Assembly (NCBI RefSeq): GCF_036520495.1
Contig: NZ_DATDJO010000016.1
Coordinates: forward strand, 971-64,970
DNA from: Povalibacter sp.
GTDB taxonomy: Bacteria; Pseudomonadota; Gammaproteobacteria; Steroidobacterales; Steroidobacteraceae
Direction: 5' to 3'
DNA: 64,000 nt
A program made the position numbers and the translations under genes. Below, piece by piece: positions 26,871 through 40,238 of this stretch. Within the stretch, counting starts at the first letter, position 1. Each line of letters opens with the position of its first letter. The notes under the pieces were generated by a model. That model made no database searches. It saw only the letters and a list, made by a program, of their open reading frames with translations, and had not been told where the DNA came from.

Positions 26871-27455
26871 TCAGAGCTTTGGCGCAGGTTCGGTCGGTTC
26901 AGCCTCGCCGCCGCTTACCGCGGGGTCAGCCACGCGCAGGAAAATCTGCGCGCCGCGCATGGACCCGTCGGACGCGGGAAGCAGGCTGGCAAATCTCACC
27001 GGGTATTCGCCGGCCGCGCTGGGCCGCATGCAGATATCGCGGTCGCGGTATTCGAGTTTCAGGGTATCGCGATGATCCTGCCGTACGCTGACCGATAAGG
27101 GCGCACGCTTGATCATGGAGCCATCGGCTCCGGCAGCGCTGATCCGCAGTGAACTCAGACAGAAACGCTCGCCGAGCTTGATTGCCGTGACGGTAGGGTC
27201 GGCGTCGACCCGGGCGATCCTGACCTGCTTCAGGGATAGGTCGGCGAGATGGTTCGCCATGAACAGATGCTTGCCGGCCTGGACAGGCCGATCGCCGGCC
27301 GACGTGGCCACATCACCGACGACGACCCAGACGATTTGAAAATCGACGATCTGCGCCTGAGCCCAACCCCCGACCAGCAGTAGGGCAACGCCAGTCAACC
27401 GCACCATTCGTAGGCTGATTCGCCGGCTCATCGGAGCAAGTGCGGTCAGATTCAT
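26871..27455 (-). CDS. Hypothetical exported protein
   Basis: Signal-like MSRRISLRMVRLTGVALLLVGGWAQA, then beta-rich sequence and an acidic Pro-rich tail. Start uncertain (27455 or 27431). No recognisable motif. Confidence 0.45.
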   Translation of the reverse strand: MNLTALAPMSRRISLRMVRLTGVALLLVGGWAQAQIVDFQIVWVVVGDVATSAGDRPVQAGKHLFMANHLADLSLKQVRIARVDADPTVTAIKLGERFCLSSLRISAAGADGSMIKRAPLSVSVRQDHRDTLKLEYRDRDICMRPSAAGEYPVRFASLLPASDGSMRGAQIFLRVADPAVSGGEAEPTEPAPKL

Positions 27456-27612
27456 CGCATGGGCCCTGAATAATCGGTGACTATTTCTATTCTCAATCCG
27501 GCCTAAGCCCGGCAGGTTCCGGCAAGAGCGCCCGCAAATCAGCAACATTCAGGCGGATTTATGCAACTTTGCGCCTTGCAATAGGCGCGGAACTGCTGCT
27601 AGATTCCAAGCC

Positions 27613-27693
27613 ATGCGCATTCACCAGCAAAATTCGGCCCTGCCCCTTCGTGGCGGCCTGCTGCTGCGTGCGCGCCTGCACCTGCGTCGCTAG
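27613..27693 (+). promoter_or_regulatory. Candidate leuA leader peptide (Leu-rich mini-ORF)
   Basis: ATG at 27613 to TAG at 27691 encodes MRIHQQNSALPLRGGLLLRARLHLRR: 6 Leu in 26 residues, including an LLL run. It ends 124 nt upstream of the leuA ATG. I could not find a convincing downstream terminator hairpin. Confidence 0.3.
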
Positions 27694-29514
<1,821 letters not shown>

Positions 29515-29522
29515 TGTCAGCG

Positions 29523-29554
29523 GTTGGCGATCGAGCTGTCTCGATCGCCAACCT
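29523..29554. terminator. Bidirectional hairpin between leuA and the TonB-dependent receptor gene
   Basis: GGTTGGCGATCGAG-ctgt-CTCGATCGCCAACC, a 14-bp perfect stem followed by tcgttctcgtc. Confidence 0.6.
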
Positions 29555-29562
29555 CGTTCTCG

Positions 29563-31920
29563 TCAGAAATCGTAGCTCGCGGACAGGAACCAGTTGCGCG
29601 GGCGCGAGTAGATGACTTCCGCATACCCTGCGGACGTGCTGTACGACGAGTTGCCCGCCACCCGATACAGCTCGTCGGTCACGTTGTTGACGCCGCCGCG
29701 GAATTTCCAGGACTTCAGCTGGAGCGTGACCAGCGCATTCAGTAGCGTCACATCGTCCAGCTGCGCGACTTCGACCGAGTTGGCTGCATCGAAATACTGC
29801 TCGGCCGTGTAGGACACGTTGACTCGCGGCGTCAGCGTCGCCTCGCCGATCGGGATGTCGTAGCCGATGCCGACATTGGCCTGCCACTCCGGCGTGAAGG
29901 GAAGCCGGTTGTCGGGACCGACGGTCTGCGTGGTTCCCGGCACGATGGCGATCTCCTCGAACTTATTGTCGAGATAGCCGACGCTGCCCTCGATGATCAG
30001 ATTTCCCGGAGCGAAGGTGAATTCCACTTCGCCGCCCTCGATCGACGACTTGCCCGCATTGAACAGCAGCGGCACGATGCCGAGCCGGTACGTGAGCTGC
30101 ATGTCATCGTAGTCGGTCGAGAACACGGCTGCGTTGATGCGGATATTGCCGCCGAATTCCGACTTGAAACCGATCTCCCAGGTTTCCGCAGTTTCCTCAT
30201 CGAACGCGACCGGCAGATTGTCCGGAGGTGCAAGGTTGTAGCGCTGGTTGAATCCACCGCTCTTGAAGCCTTGCGACCAGCTCACGTACGTCATGATCGC
30301 GTCGTTCCAGCGGTACTGCAGGCTCGCGGAGCCGGTCGTGGACTGGTACTTGTTCTTGAACGGCTCGGGAATGATATTGAGCCCGGGACCTGCAACGCCA
30401 GGAGTGTTGAGCGTCGTGGGAATCACGGTCGGCGCAGTCAGCGGCGTCGTCGTGAACGAAGTGATATCGATGCCCTTGGTTTCTTCCGTGTAGCGCGCCC
30501 CGGCCGTCAGGCTCAGCGAACTCGTGAAGTCATACGTCCATTGTGTGAACGCCGCCCAATTGTCGTTGTCGACGAGTGCCCGCTGATAGTCCCGGGAACC
30601 GGGAATGGCGCCCGATGCGACCAGCGGCGGTGGTGCCGCGAATGGCACCTGCAGGAAATCGTCGACGGATTCTTCGAAGTAGAACAGCCCGACGACGCCT
30701 TTGAGGGGGCCGCTGTCCACCAGCGCCTGGAACTCCTGACTCCACTGATCGCCGTCGCTGACATAATCGGTGTGCAACACCAGCAAGCCGGTGTTGTCAG
30801 CATCGCGGCTGCCGCTCCAGGAAAGCTCGCGGTAGGCAGTGATGGATTTGAGAGTGAACGCGTCATTCAACTTCCAATTCATCACGGCCGACAGACCCCA
30901 GTTCTCGGTGCTGCTTTCCGCCGGCGCATTGCCGCCATTGGTGAATTCACCGAGCCGCCACGTGGCGTCATTGGCACAGCGCGAATCGACGACATTCTGC
31001 GGTACGAAAGGCGGCGGGAAGGTGGCGCCGGGACAACCTGAGCCGCGACTGATGGCCGCCGGGAAAGCCTGGCGACCGTTGATGGTTTCGAATACGAAGG
31101 GCGAACCGTTCTCGTCCTCCTTGGTGTAATCCCCACGCAAGGTCAGCGAAAACGCATCGGACGCGAGCCAACGCAGCGATGACTGCACCGTATAACTGTC
31201 TTCGTCGCCCAGATCCATGCCGTCGAAGATTCGCGTGACATAGCCGTCCCGCTGGCGCGCTCCTACGGAGACACGGGCTGCAAGCGCGTCTGTCATCGGC
31301 AGATCGACTGCGGCGAACCCTTCGCGCAGATTGTCATCACCCACGCCTACGCGCACCGTGCCCCCAAACTCGTCGCCCGGCAGAGTGGTGGTGAGCAGTA
31401 CCGCGCCGCCGATGGTGTTGCGACCGAACAGCGTGCCCTGCGGTCCGCGCAGCACCTGCACGTTGGCGATATCGCGAAAGTCCATGACGCCGCCGACGGA
31501 GCGGCCCATGTAGACCTCATCGATATACAAACCCACACCGGGATCCACACCGGACGAGCCGTCGCTCTGACCGATACCACGGATGTAAACCTGAGCGGCC
31601 GAATTATTGCCTGTCAGTGGTCCGTAGCTTGCGAATTGCAGGTTCGGTGCAACCTGATCGAGATCGTCCGTGCTGACGATCTGTTGACGCTCCAACGCCG
31701 CCGCGGTGAACGCCGATATTGCGATCGGAGTTTCCTGCAATGATTCTTCGCGACGACGGGCGGTGACAACGATTTCTTCGAGAGCGGCTGCGGCTGTGGA
31801 TTCAGCCGCGAATACCGTGGGCGTGCCGGACATCAGCGCGGCAGCGACTACAACGGCATTCGATCCAATGGCGGCGGCCAGCCGAAGAGAAGCGACGGGA
31901 CGAGACTGTTCCTTCATCAC
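29563..31920 (-). CDS. TonB-dependent receptor
   Basis: Signal peptide. Plug domain EEIVVTARRREESLQETPIAISAF...VQVLRGPQGTLFGRNTIGG. 22-strand-sized barrel with terminal ...SASYDF. Confidence 0.9.
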   Translation of the reverse strand: MMKEQSRPVASLRLAAAIGSNAVVVAAALMSGTPTVFAAESTAAAALEEIVVTARRREESLQETPIAISAFTAAALERQQIVSTDDLDQVAPNLQFASYGPLTGNNSAAQVYIRGIGQSDGSSGVDPGVGLYIDEVYMGRSVGGVMDFRDIANVQVLRGPQGTLFGRNTIGGAVLLTTTLPGDEFGGTVRVGVGDDNLREGFAAVDLPMTDALAARVSVGARQRDGYVTRIFDGMDLGDEDSYTVQSSLRWLASDAFSLTLRGDYTKEDENGSPFVFETINGRQAFPAAISRGSGCPGATFPPPFVPQNVVDSRCANDATWRLGEFTNGGNAPAESSTENWGLSAVMNWKLNDAFTLKSITAYRELSWSGSRDADNTGLLVLHTDYVSDGDQWSQEFQALVDSGPLKGVVGLFYFEESVDDFLQVPFAAPPPLVASGAIPGSRDYQRALVDNDNWAAFTQWTYDFTSSLSLTAGARYTEETKGIDITSFTTTPLTAPTVIPTTLNTPGVAGPGLNIIPEPFKNKYQSTTGSASLQYRWNDAIMTYVSWSQGFKSGGFNQRYNLAPPDNLPVAFDEETAETWEIGFKSEFGGNIRINAAVFSTDYDDMQLTYRLGIVPLLFNAGKSSIEGGEVEFTFAPGNLIIEGSVGYLDNKFEEIAIVPGTTQTVGPDNRLPFTPEWQANVGIGYDIPIGEATLTPRVNVSYTAEQYFDAANSVEVAQLDDVTLLNALVTLQLKSWKFRGGVNNVTDELYRVAGNSSYSTSAGYAEVIYSRPRNWFLSASYDF

Positions 31921-31973
31921 AAGCCCCCTGCTGATTCTGTTTATGCATTGCCACTGAAGGGCAACGTCTGATT

Positions 31974-32001
31974 ATTGTATGGGTGCCTGACAATGTGTCA
32001 A
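31974..32001 (-). promoter_or_regulatory. Near-consensus sigma70 promoter for the TonB-dependent receptor gene
   Basis: On the minus strand: TTGACA (31996-32001), 16 nt spacer, TACAAT (31974-31979). It lies about 55 nt upstream of the receptor ATG, in a locally AT-richer stretch. Confidence 0.45.
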
Positions 32002-32090
32002 TAAAATTGCAGTCGTCAGCACCTTTTACCGCAATGCATCAGAATAACTCATGGCGATGACGAGACAACGCGATGACAAGGCAACGGCGG

Positions 32091-32519
32091 TCAGCTGACG
32101 ATATACCGCTCGAGCTGATCGATGGTCTGCTGCTGTTCTTCGATGACCGCCTTCACCAGATCGCCGATGGAGATCATGCCGACCACGGCGCCACGCTCCA
32201 CCACCGGCAGATGCCGGATGCGTTGCTGAGTCATGACTTCCATGCAGTTGTGCACCGCTTCGTCCGGACCAATGGTCGTGACCGGTGTCGTCATGATGTC
32301 GCGCACGGGAGTGTCGGCGCTGGAACGATGCTTGAGGATGACTTTGCGGGCGTAATCCCGTTCCGACACGATCCCGAGAAGCTTGCCGTCGCGAATGACC
32401 GGCAAGGCCCCGATGCCGCGATCCGCCATGATCTCGATAGCTTCCAGGACAGGAGAGTCCGGGTCGATGGACCAGACATCCTTGCCCTTCAGCGCCAGCA
32501 GGTACGTAACTCGCAGCAT
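32091..32519 (-). CDS. CBS-domain pair protein
   Basis: 142 aa with two CBS repeats (GIGALPVI..GKLLGIVSERD and IRHLPVVE.G.VVGMISIGD). Confidence 0.85.
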   Translation of the reverse strand: MLRVTYLLALKGKDVWSIDPDSPVLEAIEIMADRGIGALPVIRDGKLLGIVSERDYARKVILKHRSSADTPVRDIMTTPVTTIGPDEAVHNCMEVMTQQRIRHLPVVERGAVVGMISIGDLVKAVIEEQQQTIDQLERYIVS

Positions 32520-32601
32520 GTGCTACCCCTCCGTGCCGAAGGATTGGCTGGATCGGGTGGCGAGTTCAATCTCGGCAACCCGCAGAGTGCGGGCGGCGAA
32601 T

Positions 32602-32886
32602 CTAAGAGGCGGCGAACAGCGCCTGTACCCGCCGCTCGGCTTCCAACCAGTCGTCGAGTTCGCGGCCCACCGCGAAATGGCGCTCTGCAGCAATGAAGTA
32701 GGCCGCCGTCGCAATCATGCCGGCCATTTCTTCTGGCGTCGGGTGCAGGGCGATCACGTCGACTTCAGCGGCCGGGAGCGCTTTCTTGCGCGAGCGACCC
32801 GGCTTCGTGGCAACCGCCGCAGTCTTGGTCTTGGCCCTGGAGCGTGGTGCCTTCGCGGCCGGTTCGGTGGGAGGGGATGTGTGCAT
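32602..32886 (-). CDS. DUF2934-family small basic protein
   Basis: C-terminal IATAAYFIAAERHFAVGRELDDWLEAE matches the DUF2934 motif as I recall it. The N-terminus is Lys/Ala/Pro-rich. Start trimmed to MHTSPP. Confidence 0.55.
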   Translation of the reverse strand: MHTSPPTEPAAKAPRSRAKTKTAAVATKPGRSRKKALPAAEVDVIALHPTPEEMAGMIATAAYFIAAERHFAVGRELDDWLEAERRVQALFAAS

Positions 32887-33103
32887 GGTGCCTCCGGCGA
32901 TCGGGATGTCGGTCACGACAAGCACGGACTGTGCCAGTCGGTCTCACAATTTCAGGCAGCCCGCACGAAGGGAAAATGTCGATGTAGATCGACTTGCGCC
33001 GGGTTGAGTGCGCTGCGCCCAGCGTGGCGATGATTGTTCGGAGTGCGCCGCACCGCGGCGAACGCACACCCGCGGTGCGACTCCGCCGGACAGTCAGGCG
33101 CTC

Positions 33104-33586
33104 TCAGTGATGATGGCCACCCGGACCGTGCACGTGGCCGTGCGCGATTTCTTCTTCACTCGCTTCACGCACCTCGGTGATCTCGACATCGAACGTCAGA
33201 TCCTGGCCAGCCAGCGCATGATTGCCGTCGATCGTGACCATGTCGCCCTGCACCTGCGTCACCGTGACCATGCGCGGACCCGTATTCGACTGGACCTGGA
33301 ACTGCATGCCCACATTCACGTCGGCGACACCGCGAAACGAACGGCGCGGCACCTTCTGGATGAGCGATTTGTCGTGCTCGCCGTAGGCGTCGACAGCCGC
33401 GACTTTTGCCTGCAGCTTGTCGCCAGCCTGCTTGCCTTCGAGCTGGCTTTCCAACCCCGGAATGAGATTGCCGTTGCCGTGCAGGTAGGTAAGGGGCTCC
33501 CCTCCGGCCGACGAATCGAGCGTCTCGCCCTTGTCGTTCGTCAGGGTGTAGTGGATGGAAACGACGGCGTTCTGGGTGACTTGCAT
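33104..33586 (-). CDS. slyD: FKBP-type peptidyl-prolyl isomerase SlyD
   Basis: VSIHYTLTNDKGETLDSS...PL.YLHG.G.LIPGLE, an IF-domain insert, and a His-rich tail HGHVHGPGGHHH. Confidence 0.85.
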   Translation of the reverse strand: MQVTQNAVVSIHYTLTNDKGETLDSSAGGEPLTYLHGNGNLIPGLESQLEGKQAGDKLQAKVAAVDAYGEHDKSLIQKVPRRSFRGVADVNVGMQFQVQSNTGPRMVTVTQVQGDMVTIDGNHALAGQDLTFDVEITEVREASEEEIAHGHVHGPGGHHH

Positions 33587-33690
33587 GATGAGCGCAATCT
33601 ATCGGAAGAAGAAATGAGCGGCGATTATGCCAACTTAGGTGGCATGGCCGCGACAACAAAATTGTCGGTGCCGCGCAAAGGGACTGCGGA

Positions 33691-35526
33691 CTATTCCACG
33701 GTCACCGACTTGGCCAGATTGCGCGGCTGATCGACGTCGGTGCCGCGCAGGATGGCGCAATGATAGGCAAGCAACTGCAGCGGCACGCTGTAGACCGCGG
33801 AGGCCTGGAAGTGACTCACGTGCTTCGGCATCGTGATCACGGTGACGCCTTCCGACGACTGCATCCCTGAATCCGGATCGGCAAATACATACAGCTCACC
33901 GCCGCGAGCGCGCACTTCCTGCAGATTGGATTTGAGTTTCTCGAGCAAGTCGTTATTCGGCGCCACTGCGATGACCGGCATATCGGCATCGACGAGCGCC
34001 AGCGGCCCATGCTTCAGCTCACCGGCTGCATAGGCTTCGGCATGAATGTAAGAGATTTCCTTCAGCTTGAGCGCACCTTCCATCGCGATCGGGTGCATCT
34101 GGCCCCGGCCCAGGAACAACGCGTGATGCTTATCGGCGAAGCGCTTCGCGAGTTCCTTGATGATGGGCTCGAGGTGCAGGGTCTTCTCGATGAGTCCGGG
34201 AATCTCGATCAGGCGCTGCACGAGTCCTCGCTCGCGCTCGCTGTCTGTGCCGTTGAACTTTGCGAGCGCGATGACGAGCATGCCCAGGCCGACGAGCTGC
34301 GTCGTAAAGGCCTTGGTGGACGCCACACCGATCTCCGGGCCCGCGCGCGTCAGCAGCACGAGTTCCGATTCACGGACGAGCGAGCTCTCCGGTACGTTGC
34401 ATATGGATAACGTCGACAGATACCCCGACTGCTTCGCCATCCGCAGCGCGGCCAGCGTGTCGGCAGTTTCACCGGACTGCGAGATCGTGACGAACAAAGT
34501 GTTCTTCGGCACCACCGGATTGCGGTAGCGATATTCGCTGGCGATTTCGACCCAGCAAGGCAGGCGCGCGATCTGTTCGATGTAGTACTTCGCCACTGCG
34601 CCGGCATGAAAGCTCGTGCCGCAGGCAATGATCTGGACCGCTTCGGTACGACGGAATACCTCGGAAGCCAGCGGACCGAAGGCGGCTTCGAGCAACTTGC
34701 CGCCCGCCACGCGCTCTTCGAGCGTCTGGGCGATAGCGCGCGGTTGTTCGAAAATTTCCTTGAGCATGAAGTGCGGATAGTCGCCCTTCTCCGCGGCATC
34801 GGCCGACAGCGAGCTTTCGCGGATCGGTCGCTGTGCGGTGTTGCCTTCGCTGTCGAGCACACGCACGCCCTGGCGGCGAATTTCCGCGACGTCGCCCTCC
34901 TCGAGGAAGATGAACTTGCGCGTGACCGGCAACAACGCCGAGACATCGGAAGCGACAAAATTCTCGTTCTCGCCGACGCCGATCACGACGGGACAGCCGG
35001 CGCGAGCGAGGATGATCTGGTCTGGACTGTCTTCGGACACGACAGCGAGCGCATAGGCGCCTTCGAGTTCGGCGACCGTCGCGCGCACGGCGCGAAAAAT
35101 ATCGCCCAGCTTCTGCTTGTGATGATGAATGCGATGCGCGATGACTTCGGTATCGGTCTCGGATGTAAATACATAGCCGAGTTTCGTCAGCTCTTCGCGC
35201 AGCTCTTCGTGATTCTCGATGATGCCGTTGTGCACGATGGCGATGCCGTCGCGCGAAATGTGCGGGTGTGCGTTGCGTTCGGAAGGCACGCCATGCGTGG
35301 CCCAGCGCGTGTGAGCGATGCCCAGCAGACCGTCGGTCGGCGTCTCGGCAATGGCGTCCTGCAGCATCTTCACCTTGCCGACCGTGCGCAGGCGACGCAG
35401 ATGACCATCGGCATTCAACACCGCAATGCCGGCGGAATCGTAGCCACGATATTCCAGTCGTCGCAGCCCCTCGATCAGGATCGGGACGATGTTGCGATCA
35501 GCGATGGCGCCGACGATTCCGCACAT
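33691..35526 (-). CDS. glmS: Glutamine--fructose-6-phosphate aminotransferase
   Basis: MCGIVGAI N-terminal nucleophile, two SIS domains, C-terminal ...NLAKSVTVE. 611 aa. Confidence 0.95.
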   Translation of the reverse strand: MCGIVGAIADRNIVPILIEGLRRLEYRGYDSAGIAVLNADGHLRRLRTVGKVKMLQDAIAETPTDGLLGIAHTRWATHGVPSERNAHPHISRDGIAIVHNGIIENHEELREELTKLGYVFTSETDTEVIAHRIHHHKQKLGDIFRAVRATVAELEGAYALAVVSEDSPDQIILARAGCPVVIGVGENENFVASDVSALLPVTRKFIFLEEGDVAEIRRQGVRVLDSEGNTAQRPIRESSLSADAAEKGDYPHFMLKEIFEQPRAIAQTLEERVAGGKLLEAAFGPLASEVFRRTEAVQIIACGTSFHAGAVAKYYIEQIARLPCWVEIASEYRYRNPVVPKNTLFVTISQSGETADTLAALRMAKQSGYLSTLSICNVPESSLVRESELVLLTRAGPEIGVASTKAFTTQLVGLGMLVIALAKFNGTDSERERGLVQRLIEIPGLIEKTLHLEPIIKELAKRFADKHHALFLGRGQMHPIAMEGALKLKEISYIHAEAYAAGELKHGPLALVDADMPVIAVAPNNDLLEKLKSNLQEVRARGGELYVFADPDSGMQSSEGVTVITMPKHVSHFQASAVYSVPLQLLAYHCAILRGTDVDQPRNLAKSVTVE

Positions 35527-35674
35527 GAAGCTGGGGTTCCTGAACTGTGGGCTTGTGACCGGAGGTCAGAGCGGCCATGCCACTCTGGCTCCTGATTCTA
35601 CCCAGCAAATCGGCCGGTTAATGGGAGATATCGCACGCCTTGCAAGGTCGGTCCGGAGCTTTCCGATCTGCGAG

Positions 35675-37039
35675 CTAGTTTTTCTTCTGCGGCCGCTGCC
35701 AGCCTTCGATGGTGACCTGACGGGCACGCGCCAGGGTGAGCTTGCCTTCCGGTGCGTCCCTGGTCACTGTCGAACCGGCGCCGGTGTTGGCATTGGCACC
35801 GATTTTTACCGGCGCCACCAGCATCGAGCCCGATCCGATGAAGGCGCCATCGCCGATCTCGGTCCGGTGCTTGTTCGCGCCGTCGTAATTTACGGTCACG
35901 GTGCCGGCGCCGACATTGACCTTCCGACCGACCGTGGCATCACCGAGATAGGTCAGGTGATTGGCCTTGCTGCCTGCGCCGATTTCACTCTTTTTTACTT
36001 CGACGAAATTGCCGATATGGACGTCTTCATGAAGCACGGCGTCCGGGCGCAGACGCGCGAACGGCCCGATCGAATTGCGTGGACCGATGACCGCCCGATC
36101 GATCACGCAGTTCGGATGGATCTGCGTATCGGCGCCGATGCGACAGTCCTTCAGATAGCTGTTGGGCCCGATGTGCGCCCGATCGCCGAGATGCACATCT
36201 CCGACGAGCGTCACGTTGGCGTCAATGAAGACATCGCGGCCCACAGTGACCGTGCCCCGTATGTCGATGCGGGCCGGATCAACGATGGTGACGCCTTGCA
36301 ACATGAGTTGCGTAGCGCGTTCCAGACGCAGCGTTGTTTCCAGCTGCGCCAGTTGCACCTTGTCGTTGACACCCAGTACCTCGGTTTCCGTCGGCGCAAC
36401 GACCGCACCGATCTTTGCGCCATCGCGCACGGCCATGACAATGACGTCGGTAAGGTAGTACTCGCCTTGCGAGTTGTCGTTCTTGAGCGCAGCGAGCCAT
36501 TTGCGCAGCGAACCCGCCGGCATCGCCATCAGTCCGGTGTTGCCTTCTTTGATGGCGCGTTCCTTCGTATTCGCGTCCTTTTGCTCGACGATACGCACCA
36601 CACTGCCGGCACCATCACGCACGACACGACCGTAGCCGGTCGGATCGGACAGAACGACGGTCAGCAGGCCCAGCGACTTCTCGCCGCTGCGTTCCAGCAA
36701 TTGTTCCAACGACGATTTGCGGATCAACGGCACGTCGCCATAGAGGATCAGGACCTGGTGATCGTCCGGTATGTGCGGCATTGCCTGCGCAACGGCGTGG
36801 CCAGTACCCAGCTGTTCTGCCTGCAGCACCCAGTTCACGGGCTCGTCCACCAGACGCTCGCGAACCTGATCACCGCCATGCCCATACACGACATGGATCG
36901 AATCCGCACCAAGCGACTTTGCCGTAGCCAGCACGTGCGACAACAGCGGCTGACCGGCCAACGGCTGCAACACCTTCGGCAGGTCGGACTTCATCCGCTT
37001 GCCCTGACCGGCGGCAAGAATGACGATGGAGAGGGGCAT
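35675..37039 (-). CDS. glmU: Bifunctional UDP-GlcNAc diphosphorylase / GlcN-1-P N-acetyltransferase
   Basis: ILAAGQGKRMKSDLPKVL plus C-terminal left-handed beta-helix hexapeptide repeats. 454 aa. Confidence 0.95.
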   Translation of the reverse strand: MPLSIVILAAGQGKRMKSDLPKVLQPLAGQPLLSHVLATAKSLGADSIHVVYGHGGDQVRERLVDEPVNWVLQAEQLGTGHAVAQAMPHIPDDHQVLILYGDVPLIRKSSLEQLLERSGEKSLGLLTVVLSDPTGYGRVVRDGAGSVVRIVEQKDANTKERAIKEGNTGLMAMPAGSLRKWLAALKNDNSQGEYYLTDVIVMAVRDGAKIGAVVAPTETEVLGVNDKVQLAQLETTLRLERATQLMLQGVTIVDPARIDIRGTVTVGRDVFIDANVTLVGDVHLGDRAHIGPNSYLKDCRIGADTQIHPNCVIDRAVIGPRNSIGPFARLRPDAVLHEDVHIGNFVEVKKSEIGAGSKANHLTYLGDATVGRKVNVGAGTVTVNYDGANKHRTEIGDGAFIGSGSMLVAPVKIGANANTGAGSTVTRDAPEGKLTLARARQVTIEGWQRPQKKN

Positions 37040-37047
37040 GGGTGGCC

Positions 37048-37208
37048 TTCTGGCTAACTGGCTAACTGGCTAACTGGCTAACTGGTGAGAATGGCTGCGA
37101 GGGTATTACGGGGGCAACGGTCGGATCTAAAAAAAATGCGCCCCGCAGGGCGCACTTTTCGCATTTTTCAGGCCGGTCAGCCGGTGAGCCGGTGAGCCCG
37201 TTGGCCAA
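37048..37208. repeat. Intergenic palindromic repeat, family B copy 1 (atpC|glmU)
   Basis: Four perfect tandem GGCTAACT units at 37052-37083. The opposing arm is GGCCGGTCAGCCGGTGAGCCGGTGAGCCCGTTGGCC (37171-37206). The atp terminator lies in the spacer. Confidence 0.85.
37129..37160 (-). terminator. Rho-independent terminator of the atp operon (usable in both directions)
   Basis: Minus strand reads GAAAAG-TGCGCCC-tgcg-GGGCGCA-TTTTTTTT, a 7-bp GC stem followed by T8, about 52 nt after the atpC stop. The plus strand also has a T-rich tail. Confidence 0.8.
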
Positions 37209-37211
37209 ATC

Positions 37212-37631
37212 TCACTGCTTTATCTTCCGCAGCTTCTCCAGCATCTTCAGCTGAGCCGCGGCGCGCAGCAGCTCGGCCTGCGCCTTGGCGCTGTCGATCG
37301 TGTCGCCACGATTGCGCAGGGCTTCCTCAGCAGCCTGTTTGGCGCTGAGGGCGGCTGCTTCATCGAGATCCTTCGCACGCACCGCCGTGTCCGCAAGGAC
37401 CGTCACGACATGTGGCTGAATTTCGATCGCACCGCCCGAGACGTAGAAGAACTGCTCGCCGCCATCCGGTGTCTGCACACGGACTTCGCCCGGCTTGAGC
37501 GTCGTCAGCAGCGGTGCGTGACGCGGCGCAATGCCGATCTCGCCCATGACGGCCGGCGCGAACACCATCGAGGCCTCGCCCGAGAAGATCTCGCCTTCGG
37601 CGCTGACGATGTCGACGTGAATTGTGGCCAT
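37212..37631 (-). CDS. atpC: F1 ATP synthase epsilon subunit
   Basis: 139 aa. ...[18 protein letters not shown]...GEIGI.P.H.PLLT.LKPG.VR. Confidence 0.9.
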   Translation of the reverse strand: MATIHVDIVSAEGEIFSGEASMVFAPAVMGEIGIAPRHAPLLTTLKPGEVRVQTPDGGEQFFYVSGGAIEIQPHVVTVLADTAVRAKDLDEAAALSAKQAAEEALRNRGDTIDSAKAQAELLRAAAQLKMLEKLRKIKQ

Positions 37632-37669
37632 ATCTCTTCCTGACTAGCGACTGACAGCTCGTCGCTGCA

Positions 37670-39260
<1,591 letters not shown>

Positions 39261-40130
39261 TCAAACCGCCGCCGCGCCACCCACGATTTCACTGATCTCT
39301 TTGGTGATCGCAGCCTGACGAGCCTTGTTGTAAATCAACTGCAGCTCTTCGATCAGTTTGCCGGCGTTGTCGGTGGCGCTCTGCATGGCGACCATGCGGG
39401 CGGCCATTTCACAGGCGACGTTCTCGACGGCGCCCTGATAAACCTGCGATTCGATGTAGCGCATCAGCACGCCGTCCAGCAGTTCGCTGGCCGACGGCTC
39501 GTAGATGTAATCCCACAGCTTCTGCAGCTTGCTCTCGTCGGTTCCCTCAGTGACCACCGGCAACAGCTGATGCACGGTCGGCTTCTGCGTCATGGTGTTC
39601 ACGAGTACGTTGTTCACGACGTACAGGCGATCGAGCTTGCCTTCGTGATACAGGTCGAGCATGACTTTCACTGTACCGATCAGGTCCGCAACGTGCGGAC
39701 GATCGCCGAGATGCGTGACGGTCGCGAGCGTCTTCACATTGCTTAAGCGGCGGAAGAAGTTCACCGCCTTCGCGCCGATCAGACACGCCGACACATCCAC
39801 ACCCTGCTTCTGCCAGTCGCGCATCGCCGCGAGTGTGGTCTTGAACAGGTTGACGTTGAGGCCACCGCACAAGCCGCGATCCGTGCTGATGATGATGAAG
39901 CCGACGGCCTTGGCCGGCCGCTCGATCATGAACGGATGCTTGTAATCAGGGTTCGCGTGGCGCAGGTGACCAATCACCCGGCGGATTTTCTCCGCGTACG
40001 GGCGCGTCGCGCTCATGCGCTCCTGCGCACGACGCATCTTGCTCGCCGCGACCATTTTCATGGCCTTGGTGATCTTCTGCGTGCTTTTGAAGCTCGCAAT
40101 CTTGACGCGGATTTCTTTGATGCTGGGCAT
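39261..40130 (-). CDS. atpG: F1 ATP synthase gamma subunit
   Basis: [31 protein letters not shown]...[12 protein letters not shown]. Confidence 0.9.
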   Translation of the reverse strand: MPSIKEIRVKIASFKSTQKITKAMKMVAASKMRRAQERMSATRPYAEKIRRVIGHLRHANPDYKHPFMIERPAKAVGFIIISTDRGLCGGLNVNLFKTTLAAMRDWQKQGVDVSACLIGAKAVNFFRRLSNVKTLATVTHLGDRPHVADLIGTVKVMLDLYHEGKLDRLYVVNNVLVNTMTQKPTVHQLLPVVTEGTDESKLQKLWDYIYEPSASELLDGVLMRYIESQVYQGAVENVACEMAARMVAMQSATDNAGKLIEELQLIYNKARQAAITKEISEIVGGAAAV

Positions 40131-40145
40131 GGGTCGCTTCGCTCA

Positions 40146-40233
40146 GGGCTAACTGGCTAACTGGCTTACCGGCAAACTGGAAGGAGCTGCTTCATCTGGC
40201 CGGTTTGCCAGTTGGCCTGTCGGCCGATCGGCC
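40146..40233. repeat. Family B copy 3 (atpA|atpG)
   Basis: GGGCTAACTGGCTAACTGGCTTACCGGCAAACTGG - 15-nt loop - CTGGCCGGTTTGCCAGTTGGCCTGTCGGCCGATCGGCC. A compact long hairpin. Confidence 0.85.
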
Positions 40234-40238
40234 ATTTC

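Noticed and set aside
33587-35674. glmS ribozyme or other riboswitch around glmS/glmU
   Set aside because: The glmS ribozyme is a Gram-positive 5'-UTR element. The 148-nt glmU-glmS spacer shows no recognisable conserved core, and the genes are in the proteobacterial glmUS arrangement.
35527-35674. Possible degenerate family B copy in the glmU|glmS spacer (TGACCGG..., CGGCCGGTTAATGG)
   Set aside because: Only isolated words are present. There are no tandem arm and no clear complementary partner.
35489-37057. 522-aa ORF antisense to glmU
   Set aside because: Shadow ORF. glmU on the minus strand is unequivocal.
37052-37083. Tandem GGCTAACT x4 considered as a CRISPR or microsatellite array
   Set aside because: An 8-nt period with no spacers is not CRISPR architecture. 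It is one arm of the family B palindrome. No cas genes are present in the window.
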